This document shows positions 16,324 through 24,757 of a stretch of DNA of 32,000 bases, one piece after another. This DNA comes from Nostoc sp. PCC 7120 = FACHB-418 (lineage in GTDB: Bacteria > Cyanobacteriota > Cyanobacteriia > Cyanobacteriales > Nostocaceae): contig NC_003272.1 of the NCBI RefSeq assembly GCF_000009705.1, positions 6,000,001 through 6,032,000 of the forward strand, written 5' to 3'. The notes beneath the pieces were generated by a model. It worked only from the letters and a program-made list of their open reading frames with translations, ran no database searches and was not told the origin of the DNA. Within the stretch, counting starts at the first letter, position 1; each line of letters begins with the position of its first letter. Both the position numbers and the translations under genes were made by a program.

Positions 16324-16338
16324 TAGTCATTAGTCATT
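16315..16338. repeat. three tandem heptamers forming the potA stop / potD start overlap
   Basis: (attagtc)x3 plus att. On the minus strand this is (ATGACTA)x3, read as ...Q M T N D * for PotA and M T N R R for PotD (TAATG overlap at 16321-16325). Confidence 0.9.
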
Positions 16339-17468
16339 TGATTAATAGCCAAACAATCACTTTCCGCCCACCAAGCATAAATAGGTGTTTCACGGTCTGG
16401 TAAATTGCCAAAAGTATTAGGTTGTAAAACATTAATATTCATACCGTTAATTAATTGGACAACATAATTAACGTGAGTTCCTAAATACATAACATTTATC
16501 AGCCTTCCTTCAAAACAGTTATTGAGGGAACTAGGCGGATAAAGGGAAAGTTGAATTTTTTCTGGTCGCACACTCACAACTACAGGTTTTAATAATTCTG
16601 CGGGTGTATCTTCATTTCGGGCGACTACAATTGTGAGTCCAGTTTTGGTAACAATTTGAATATATTCAGCTTCTAATACGGTGATTTCACCACTAAACAA
16701 ATTAGTATCACCGATGAAATCGGCGACAAAGGAGGTTTTAGGACGTTCGTAAATCTCTTGGGGAGTACCAATTTGTTCAATTTTCCCCTGATTCATCACC
16801 GCAATGCGATCGCTTAAAGATAACGCCTCTTCTTGGTCATGAGTTACCATAACGAAGGTTAAACCCAGGTTTTTATGTAAATTTGATAACTCAACCTGCA
16901 TTTCCTTACGTAACTTTAAATCCAACGCCCCCAAAGGTTCATCCAGCAACACCACAGCCGGACGATTCACCAAAGCCCTAGCCAAAGCAACGCGCTGCTG
17001 TTGACCACCGGAGAGTTGGCTAGGAAAGCGCGATCGCAAACTTTCCATTTTTACCAGCTTTAAAGCCTCTTTAACTCTGCTTTCTACTTCTGATTTCCGG
17101 GATTTCTTTAGCCGCAACCCGAAAGCAACATTATCCCAGACGTTAAGGTGATTAAATAGAGCGTAACTTTGAAATACTGTATTAACTGGTCGGCGGTAAG
17201 GGGGAATATTGGTCATCGGCTGACCCTGAATCAATAATTTACCAGCATCAACTTGTTCAAATCCGGCTATTAAACGTAGTGTCGTTGTCTTACCACAGCC
17301 AGAAGGGCCAAGAATACTAAAGAACTCCCCTTGTCTTACATCTAAGTCCACTCCATGTACCGCCGGTTCTTGGTTGAAAAACTTGAACACGTTACGTAGT
17401 TCAACATCAAGGGGGAGGAGTGTTTTTACGCCCCTGGGATTCTGCGTTACAGTTTGAGCCATATTCAT
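16323..17468 (-). CDS. potA: ABC transporter ATP-binding protein, PotA-like
   Basis: 381 aa. Walker [10 protein letters not shown], signature LSGGQQQR, Walker [13 protein letters not shown], and a C-terminal TOBE-like regulatory domain. Confidence 0.9.
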   Translation of the reverse strand: MNMAQTVTQNPRGVKTLLPLDVELRNVFKFFNQEPAVHGVDLDVRQGEFFSILGPSGCGKTTTLRLIAGFEQVDAGKLLIQGQPMTNIPPYRRPVNTVFQSYALFNHLNVWDNVAFGLRLKKSRKSEVESRVKEALKLVKMESLRSRFPSQLSGGQQQRVALARALVNRPAVVLLDEPLGALDLKLRKEMQVELSNLHKNLGLTFVMVTHDQEEALSLSDRIAVMNQGKIEQIGTPQEIYERPKTSFVADFIGDTNLFSGEITVLEAEYIQIVTKTGLTIVVARNEDTPAELLKPVVVSVRPEKIQLSLYPPSSLNNCFEGRLINVMYLGTHVNYVVQLINGMNINVLQPNTFGNLPDRETPIYAWWAESDCLAINQMTND

Positions 17469-17686
17469 CAGTAGAATGCCGTGATCTTACGAGATTTTCT
17501 GTATTAATGTAGTCGATTAAGCAAACTCTTCATAGCCTTTGGTTTATTGTAGTCTGCTAAAAAGATTTGTTTATAAATACACTGACTAGATTGTTAGGAG
17601 TTGAATAGCTATAGTCATTTTGGGAATCATATACAAGTTATCGGCATTTTGAGGATTTTTACCTGTCCTATGGTTCTACGCTGTTA

Positions 17687-17702
17687 TGTATACGTAAATA
17701 CA
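17687..17702. promoter_or_regulatory. perfect TGTA-N8-TACA palindrome (NtcA-type site) in the potA / PBP2 divergent spacer
   Basis: tgta tacgtaaa taca. I could not pair it with a convincing TAN3T -10 box at the canonical spacing on either strand. Confidence 0.3.
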
Positions 17703-18072
17703 AGGTACTCATCTTGTTGTACCTGCTTCTTTTACCATTGCTGGAGTGACCTATGATAAGTAGAATCTTCCCAGGTTCAACTATGGAATCAGACCACAGC
17801 GTTGTCATTCATCCTCACCACGCTTGGTTTTCTGTTGCTACTCCTAGTAGATGGGGATGTGGAGAATACAGTAATAGACCAATTACCCATTACCAATCAA
17901 CACGAACCATTCAAAAAACGGAGTGAAGGACTAGTTCAAGATGTACAGAACTGATTTAAAATAACTTGCCATAGCTAGGTTTATTAAGTGCTATTACCCT
18001 GAATAGGGTGATATCAATATAGGACAATTAACTGCATACAAATATTATTATCTGAGCAATTCTTTAAGTATT

Positions 18073-19905
18073 ATGGCTTTACTGCAACCATCTCCCCTAC
18101 TGGGCAAAAAAGATAAACGAACCGTTGGCAAGGGTTTTCAGTCTACGTTTTTAATTATATTTACCCTGCTAATGACGGCGGGAATTAGTGCGCGGTTAGT
18201 CTACTTACAAATTATTGAAGGCTCCCAATTTAAGCGGAAGGCCGAGTTAAACCGGGTTCGGGTCATTCCTAAACAACCAGAAAGGGGTAATATTTTTGAC
18301 CGTAATGGCAAACTTTTAGCCAGTACACGCTATCCTCGTTCTATTTATCTTTGGCCGATGGCACATACTAAGGCCTCTTGGTCGGTTGTCGGGCCGCGTC
18401 TGGCAAAAATTTTGGAGATTCCCCAAGAGGAAATTGCTAAGAAATTACAAGAGGCTGGTGCTAACTCTTCTTCACTCATTCGCATTGCTCGTAATTTGGA
18501 TGAAGCCCAAATCACAGCCATCAAGGAATATGAAAGTGAACTTAAAGATGTAGAAATACATACGGAAGCTGTGCGCTATTATCCCCACGGGAGAGAATTG
18601 GCTCACGTTCTCGGTTATACGCGAGAGTTGACAGCTGAACAGTTAGAAGCTAGGAAGCAAGACGGCTATCGCCTTGGTGATGTGATTGGTCAAATGGGCA
18701 TAGAAAAAGCCTATGAGAAATCATTGCGGGGTGAATGGGGTGGTCAACAAGTAGAAGTTGATGGGGCTGGTAGACCATTGCGGGTTTTAGGCGAGAAACA
18801 AGCTAAAGCTGGTAATGATATACGTTTGACCATAGATTTAGATGTGCAGAAAGCAGCAGAAAAAGCGTTAGGCGATCGCAACGGGACAATTATTGCCCTA
18901 GACCCAAAAAACGGTGCTGTCTTAGCAATGGTATCTCACCCCACTTTTGACCCCAACATTTTCTCCAAGCAACGGCTGACGCAAAAAGACTGGGAATCTG
19001 TCCAAGGTGAAGATCATCCTCTGGTCAATCGTGCTTTGAGTGCGTTTCCTCCAGCTAGTACCTTCAAAATTGTCACCAAAACGGCTGCTTTAGAATCAGG
19101 TAAATTCGCTCCCAACACAATCTTGCAAACCTACGGTTCTTTAACTATCGGTGGAACTAGATTTGGTGAGTGGAATCATGTAGGGTTTGGGCCATTGGGT
19201 TTTGTCGGAGCTATGCAGTGGAGTAGTGACACTTTCTTCTATCAAATCGGTAGGGGAATCGGTGGACCCACCTTGATTGAATGGACGCGCAAATATGGAT
19301 TTGGACAAAGAACAGGCTTTGAATTTGTTTCGGAGGAAGCAAGAGGTCTAGTACCAGATGATAAATGGAAGCAGAAAGCCCGGAAAATGCCTTGGACTGT
19401 GGGCGACACAATTAATATGTCCATTGGTCAAGGTGCTTTATTAAGCACACCTTTACAAGTTGCTGTGATGTTTGCTGTACCAGCAAATGGTGGCTACCGT
19501 GTCCAACCACATTTGCTCAAAGATAATGAAGAAGCCAAAAGCTGGCGAGAACTTGTAAAAATGAAGCCCACCACTTTGAAACTTTTGCGTGAAGGTTTAC
19601 GTAAGGTGATTTCTGAGGGTACAGGGAAAGTTTTATATCAGCCAACAATTCCCCCAGTCGCCGGTAAAAGCGGGACTGCTGAAGCTTGGAAGGGAAGAGC
19701 TAAACAAAATCATGCTTGGTTTGGGGCTTATGCTCCTGCTGATAAGCCAGAAATTTTGATTGTCGCCTTTGCAGAACACTCTGGCGGCGGTGGTGGTAGC
19801 GTTGCTGCACCGATGATACTGAAGGTGATGGAAGAATATTTCCAACGCAAGTATCCTGGCAAATATCAAAAGCCAGTAACTACAGAATCAGCAAAAAGCA
19901 GATAA
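18073..19905 (+). CDS. mrdA: penicillin-binding protein 2 (class B transpeptidase)
   Basis: 610 aa. N-terminal TM anchor, PBP dimerisation domain, and the active-site triad of motifs STFK, SSD and KSGT. Confidence 0.9.
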   Translation: MALLQPSPLLGKKDKRTVGKGFQSTFLIIFTLLMTAGISARLVYLQIIEGSQFKRKAELNRVRVIPKQPERGNIFDRNGKLLASTRYPRSIYLWPMAHTKASWSVVGPRLAKILEIPQEEIAKKLQEAGANSSSLIRIARNLDEAQITAIKEYESELKDVEIHTEAVRYYPHGRELAHVLGYTRELTAEQLEARKQDGYRLGDVIGQMGIEKAYEKSLRGEWGGQQVEVDGAGRPLRVLGEKQAKAGNDIRLTIDLDVQKAAEKALGDRNGTIIALDPKNGAVLAMVSHPTFDPNIFSKQRLTQKDWESVQGEDHPLVNRALSAFPPASTFKIVTKTAALESGKFAPNTILQTYGSLTIGGTRFGEWNHVGFGPLGFVGAMQWSSDTFFYQIGRGIGGPTLIEWTRKYGFGQRTGFEFVSEEARGLVPDDKWKQKARKMPWTVGDTINMSIGQGALLSTPLQVAVMFAVPANGGYRVQPHLLKDNEEAKSWRELVKMKPTTLKLLREGLRKVISEGTGKVLYQPTIPPVAGKSGTAEAWKGRAKQNHAWFGAYAPADKPEILIVAFAEHSGGGGGSVAAPMILKVMEEYFQRKYPGKYQKPVTTESAKSR

Positions 19906-19931
19906 TATCAATTTTAAATAGAGAAGTTGAA

Positions 19932-19954
19932 GGGTAAAGCTGTTTAGCTTACCC
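19932..19954. terminator. bulged hairpin between convergent mrdA and exbD
   Basis: gggt-a-aagc / tgttta / gctt-accc, followed by heptamers (aattacg)x2 aattatt aattagc at 19968-19995. Confidence 0.3.
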
Positions 19955-19996
19955 CTTACTTACTTTTAATTACGAATTACGAATTATTAATTAGCC

Positions 19997-20422
19997 TTAA
20001 CGTTTTTGAGTGGCGATCGCTAATTTTGCTCCTTGTACCTGACGTACTTGATCCATGATTGCCACTACCTTACCGTGTCCTACTTTTTCATCAGCATTAA
20101 TAACTACTAGGGCTTCCTGGTTAGTACCAACTAGGTTACGCAACTGTCCAGCCACAGCATCAACTAGAATCGGTTGACGATTCAAGCTGACCACGCCTTG
20201 TTCGTCTACCGTGATCGTAATCTTTGCAGGTACTTGCTGTTGTTTTGCCGTTGCCGCTTTTGGTAAATTAACTGGCAAACCTTCTGAACGAGTTAAAAAC
20301 AGCGTAGACATGATAAAAAATGTCAAAATCGCAAAAATCACATCAATCATCGGTACGATGTTGATCTGTGCTGGAATATCTGGCTCATCTTGTAGACGCA
20401 TAGGTTCTCTCTCCTCGTTCAT
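19997..20422 (-). CDS. exbD: ExbD/TolR-family biopolymer transport protein
   Basis: 141 aa. INIVPMIDVIFAILTFFI TM helix and a periplasmic domain with ...VVINADEKVGHGKVVAIMD. An alternative ATG lies at 20401. Either start overlaps the end of exbB. Confidence 0.85.
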   Translation of the reverse strand: MNEEREPMRLQDEPDIPAQINIVPMIDVIFAILTFFIMSTLFLTRSEGLPVNLPKAATAKQQQVPAKITITVDEQGVVSLNRQPILVDAVAGQLRNLVGTNQEALVVINADEKVGHGKVVAIMDQVRQVQGAKLAIATQKR

Positions 20423-21038
20423 AGCGGCGGCGATAAAGTAATTCTAATTGACCGCCATACTCTTGAAATAGTGCCATCTGTCTGGTGTAAAGTCCCCGAA
20501 AGGAGTTGGCAAAAAACAGTGTGAATATTGCCACGACCAATCCTGCTGCTGTAGATACTAGAGCTTCGCTGATCCCCGCCGTCACACCTGCGGTTTTTGT
20601 ACCTCCCACATCGCCAATATCTAAAGAAGCGAAGGAAGTAATCAAACCTAACACTGTACCCAGCAAGCCTAAAAGGGGTGCTAGACCAATAATTGTGTCA
20701 AAAATATTTTGAAATCGTTTGAGTAATGGTATTTCGGCTTGAGCTTCGCTTTCTAGCGCCAAGCGAAATTCCTCTGGTGTTGGTTCTTCTAATTCCAAAG
20801 CCGATAAAAACACACGCGCCAATGGCAAATCTACATTTTTTCTGAGCTTGTCTATTGCGCCAACTACATTATCTAGCCGATAGAGGTTTAACACATCTCT
20901 AACTACGCGCTGTTGACGATTGTTGATTTTCAGCCAAAACCTAGTACGCTCAACAATCAGTGCTACTCCCAACACAGAAAAACCTAATAGCGGCCACATG
21001 ACCACGCCGCCTGCTGCAAAAAGATTTTGGATTCCCAT
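20385..21038 (-). CDS. exbB: MotA/TolQ/ExbB proton-channel protein
   Basis: 217 aa, three TM helices, and the conserved block IIGLAPLLGLLGTVLGLITSF ... GISEALVSTAAGLVVAI. Confidence 0.88.
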   Translation of the reverse strand: MGIQNLFAAGGVVMWPLLGFSVLGVALIVERTRFWLKINNRQQRVVRDVLNLYRLDNVVGAIDKLRKNVDLPLARVFLSALELEEPTPEEFRLALESEAQAEIPLLKRFQNIFDTIIGLAPLLGLLGTVLGLITSFASLDIGDVGGTKTAGVTAGISEALVSTAAGLVVAIFTLFFANSFRGLYTRQMALFQEYGGQLELLYRRRYERGERTYASTR

Positions 21039-21551
21039 TTACTGCCTCATTATCAATCAAAAACCAGATTAGCAGAATCCTCTAGTAAATTGATACTCTT
21101 TGTCAAGAGTAGCTCAAATATGATGCAAATTATTATCAAATTACTGGGATTGTCGTTAGCATCAATTGCATCATAAATATGAGTAACTGTAACGTTACTT
21201 CCAAGGCTTTTTATGCTATGTCAGAATACTCAAAAATCTAATTACTAGATTGGATACGCCGTAAACTCGTTCAAGCTTTTATACATCGCTTCAGAATATA
21301 ATTTTCTATTGCCAATAGCAATGTCCTAACTGTTGAAAATAACTAGCAAGCAATTTACTTGATGGAGAGTAATGAGAAATTCGCGGATGGTAATTGTTGA
21401 GTTTCCCATTAACTGCGTAATTTCTATGCTCGTCAAATGTCATCTTTTCCCTACTCCCTGGTATATTACTCATGACCTATGGTCAACATCAGCGATAACA
21501 TAGGTATTTAAAGGAACTTTGCAAATCTAATATGGTGTGAGGAGTCCGGCG

Positions 21552-22046
21552 ATGAAATATTTACCTTATTTAGTGGCAATTCTGGGAACTAGTTCTGCTT
21601 TAGGTCTCGTGATTAATACTCAACCAGCACAAGCGCAAGTTGCATACGGTAGCTATGTAGGTGTTGGGCCAACTATTGGTTTAACTGATAGTATCCAAGT
21701 TGGTGGGGTGCTAGCTTTCCGCTACAAACTGCTAGAATCACCAATTTCTTTCCGCGCTCAAGCTTTAGTAGGACAAAACACCGCAGTCGTACCTACAGTG
21801 TCCTATGACCTCCCCTTAAATTGGCAAACAGATGCTTACTTAGGCGCGGGATTAGTTTTAACAGGCGGTAATAGTGCTTCTCCTGTAGGTGACAAAATTA
21901 GTTTTGCCCTACAACCGGGTATTGATTATGTCGTTCCTAACAGTAATACTGTGCTGTTTGGTAATGCAATCATTGCCTTTGATGCCTATCGTAACGGTGG
22001 CGGTGCAGCTGTCTCTGTTCAAGGTGGTGTAGGTTTACGGTTTTAG
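21552..22046 (+). CDS. small outer-membrane beta-barrel-like protein (hypothetical)
   Basis: The ATG at 21552 has GAGGAG 7 nt upstream. Signal peptide ending AQAQ. Alternating hydrophobic/Gly-rich strands. C-terminal ...GGVGLRF ends in Phe, as in OMP beta-signals. Confidence 0.55.
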   Translation: MKYLPYLVAILGTSSALGLVINTQPAQAQVAYGSYVGVGPTIGLTDSIQVGGVLAFRYKLLESPISFRAQALVGQNTAVVPTVSYDLPLNWQTDAYLGAGLVLTGGNSASPVGDKISFALQPGIDYVVPNSNTVLFGNAIIAFDAYRNGGGAAVSVQGGVGLRF

Positions 22047-22247
22047 ATACGTAGCAACGAAGCATGAAAACAAAAAACCTGGGTTTTGCTCTGGGCGCAG
22101 AGGCATAAGAGTATAAGTATTCAAAAACTTGGTACTCTTATGTCCTTGCATCCAATTATCATGGCCTTGCAGCATAAATATCGAATGATTTTGCCAGGGG
22201 AGATTTCACTGTTTATGACACACATCAATTTTTTACTATCGAATAAC

Positions 22248-22261
22248 TTCTATCAATAGAA
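22248..22261. promoter_or_regulatory. 6-2-6 perfect palindrome upstream of ndhD; candidate operator
   Basis: ttctat-ca-atagaa, about 85 nt upstream of the ndhD ATG. CTAT/ATAG half-sites recur nearby (tactatcgaataacttctat). Confidence 0.3.
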
Positions 22262-22345
22262 AACTGCGGTAAATATTTATAAGAAAAAGTTTACAAAGTT
22301 TAATAGAATAGATCCATTCACCAATAAGTATTTTTGCTTAATAAC

Positions 22346-24031
22346 ATGATGGCGGATGGATTTCCTTGGCTGACCGCGATTATATTACTACCACTCGTTG
22401 CTTCTGCATTTATTCCCCTGCTGCCTGATAAAGAAGGCAAGCTCGTGCGATGGTATGCCCTGGGTGTAGGAATCGCGGATTTTGTTTTGATGTGCTACAC
22501 CTTTTGGCACCATTACGACACAAGCAGTGCGACTTTTCAACTAGTGGAGAAATATGATTGGCTGCCTCAGATAGGTTTTAGCTGGGCGGTCTCAGTCGAT
22601 GGAATATCTATGCCACTAGTGTTGCTGGCAGGATTTGTGACGACGCTTTCCATGTTGGCTGCATGGCAAGTTAATCTCAAGCCTCGCCTGTTTTATTTCT
22701 TAATGTTGGTCTTGTATTCTGCCCAAATCGGGGTGTTTGTCGCCCAAGACTTGCTGTTGTTCTTCATTATGTGGGAACTAGAATTGGTTCCTGTTTACTT
22801 GCTTGTCTCGATTTGGGGTGGTCAGAAACGCCGCTATGCTGCGACAAAATTCTTGCTTTATACAGCAGCCGCTTCGATTTTCATCTTAATAGCTGGGCTT
22901 GCAATGGCTCTCTATGGCGATAATACTACTTTTGATATCGTCGAACTCGGTGCGAAAAACTATCCTCTGGCTTTAGAGTTGTTACTTTATGCTGGATTAC
23001 TAATTGCTTTTGGTGTAAAGCTGGCAATTTTCCCCTTACACACCTGGTTGCCTGATGCCCACGGTGAAGCTTCAGCACCTGTATCGATGATTTTGGCTGG
23101 CGTACTTCTAAAAATGGGCGGTTACGGGTTGATTCGCCTCAATTTAGAACTATTGCCTGATGCTCATATTTATTTTGCACCAGTGTTAGCAACTCTAGGT
23201 GTGATCAATATTATCTATGGCGGTTTGAACTCCTTTGCTCAGACTCACATGAAGCGCCGCCTTGCTTATTCGTCCGTTTCCCACATGGGGTTTGTGCTGC
23301 TGGGTATCGCCTCTTTCACCGATGTAGGTGTGAGTGGTGCTATGCTGCAAATGCTTTCCCACGGTTTGATTGCGGCGGTGTTATTCTTCTTGGCTGGTGT
23401 GACATACGATCGCACCCATACAATGGCGATGGATAATTTGGGTGGTATCGGTCAAGCTATGCCCAAAGTGTTCGCTTTGTTTACCGCCGGCACAATGGCA
23501 TCTTTGGCACTTCCGGGAATGAGTGGCTTTGTCAGCGAACTTAAGGTATTTATTGGTGTTACCACCAGCGACATTTACAGTCCGACATTCTGCACGGTGA
23601 TGGTATTCCTCGCCGCAGTAGGAGTTATCTTAACCCCGATTTATCTACTGTCTATGTTGAGACAAGTATTTTACGGTACTGGTGCAGAACTCAGTTGCAA
23701 TATTAATAATGGTGCTTACCAGAACCAAGAAGATGAAGGAACAGCTTGTTTTGGCACAGACTGTCTCTTACCAGGGGAAGCTGTATATAGAGATGCTAGT
23801 GTCCGTGAAGTGTTTATTGCTGTTTCCTTCTTGGTGTTGATTATTGGTGTTGGTGTCTACCCCAAAATCGCTACGCAACTTTACGATGTGAAAACTGTGG
23901 CGGTTAATACTCAGGTTCGCCAATCCTATACCCAAATTGCCCAAAGCAATCCTCAGATATATGCTAAGGGTTTCTTTACTCCCCAAATTGTAGAGCCTGA
24001 AGTCATGGCGGTTTCGGGAGTAATCAAATAA
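22346..24031 (+). CDS. ndhD: NAD(P)H-quinone oxidoreductase (NDH-1) subunit 4
   Basis: Typical antiporter-like subunit: [55 protein letters not shown] start at the ATG at 22346; the track start at 22334 is a TTG. Confidence 0.9.
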   Translation: MMADGFPWLTAIILLPLVASAFIPLLPDKEGKLVRWYALGVGIADFVLMCYTFWHHYDTSSATFQLVEKYDWLPQIGFSWAVSVDGISMPLVLLAGFVTTLSMLAAWQVNLKPRLFYFLMLVLYSAQIGVFVAQDLLLFFIMWELELVPVYLLVSIWGGQKRRYAATKFLLYTAAASIFILIAGLAMALYGDNTTFDIVELGAKNYPLALELLLYAGLLIAFGVKLAIFPLHTWLPDAHGEASAPVSMILAGVLLKMGGYGLIRLNLELLPDAHIYFAPVLATLGVINIIYGGLNSFAQTHMKRRLAYSSVSHMGFVLLGIASFTDVGVSGAMLQMLSHGLIAAVLFFLAGVTYDRTHTMAMDNLGGIGQAMPKVFALFTAGTMASLALPGMSGFVSELKVFIGVTTSDIYSPTFCTVMVFLAAVGVILTPIYLLSMLRQVFYGTGAELSCNINNGAYQNQEDEGTACFGTDCLLPGEAVYRDASVREVFIAVSFLVLIIGVGVYPKIATQLYDVKTVAVNTQVRQSYTQIAQSNPQIYAKGFFTPQIVEPEVMAVSGVIK

Positions 24032-24056
24032 TCCCATCATTTAGATAATAAAATAG

Positions 24057-24088
24057 GCGATCGCTTCTTTGTGGGGCGATCGCTTTTT
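24057..24088 (+). terminator. terminator-like hairpin built from two HIP1 copies after ndhD
   Basis: gcgatcgc (24057-24064) / 11-nt loop / gcgatcgc (24076-24083), followed by ttttt. Confidence 0.55.
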
Positions 24089-24150
24089 CTTTGCTTTTAT
24101 TGATAATTCGGCTCTTAAAATAAAGATAAACTTACCTTTCCATAAGTATT

Positions 24151-24726
24151 ATGAGCATCGCTACTACTAAACGCTTCACCGTAGCTGAATATCATCGCCT
24201 CATTGAACTCGGCTTTTTTGCTGAAAATGAACGATTTGAGCTAATTACAGGAGAAATATTCCAGATGACATCTAAGGGTAAACCTCATGCAGTTTGCGAA
24301 ACTCGTTTAGAGAGGGAACTATACAAGTTGGTAGGAGAGATGGCAACTCTACGAGGACAACAACCAATTACATTATCAAATTATAGTGAGCCGGAACCAG
24401 ATAGAGTAATTGTTAAAAATCGAGATGATGATTATCTTACTTCTCACCCTAATGCTGTTGATATATTACTGTTAATTGAAATTGCAGATTCATCTTTGAA
24501 ATATGACCAAGAAATTAAATTACCTGTTTATGCTGAAGCAGGTATTGTCGATTATTGGATATTTAATTTAGTAGATAACTATCTTGAGTGTTACAGCGAA
24601 CCTTATCAGGATTTGCAAGGTAGGTTTGGTTATCGAAGTAAGTTAGTTTATCTGCCAGATGAGTCAGTTAATCTACCAATTTTTTCTGATTTAGTTCTGA
24701 ATTTATCTAAGGTGTTTCCTCGTTAG
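24151..24726 (+). CDS. Uma2-family (DUF820) PD-(D/E)XK endonuclease-like protein
   Basis: 191 aa. FTVAEYHRLIELGFF, ELITGEI, EPDRVIV, LLIEIADSSLKYDQEIKLPVYAEAGIVDYWIFNL. This is the signature of a family heavily expanded in cyanobacteria. Confidence 0.85.
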   Translation: MSIATTKRFTVAEYHRLIELGFFAENERFELITGEIFQMTSKGKPHAVCETRLERELYKLVGEMATLRGQQPITLSNYSEPEPDRVIVKNRDDDYLTSHPNAVDILLLIEIADSSLKYDQEIKLPVYAEAGIVDYWIFNLVDNYLECYSEPYQDLQGRFGYRSKLVYLPDESVNLPIFSDLVLNLSKVFPR

Positions 24727-24757
24727 GTTATCTCGAATAAAGCCATTGCTATGAAAT

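Noticed and set aside
19211-20712. Antisense ORFs within mrdA (19211-19411, 19242-19424, 19633-19869) and opposite exbD/exbB (20211-20441, 20506-20712)
   Set aside because: They are nested antisense to genes with catalytic or TM motifs. There is no support for them.
24151-24726. Uma2-family endonuclease-like gene as part of a defence or toxin-antitoxin system
   Set aside because: It is a single gene between ndhD and a convergent acyltransferase. There is no methylase, antitoxin-sized partner or other defence gene adjacent. The family is present in dozens of solitary copies in cyanobacterial genomes.
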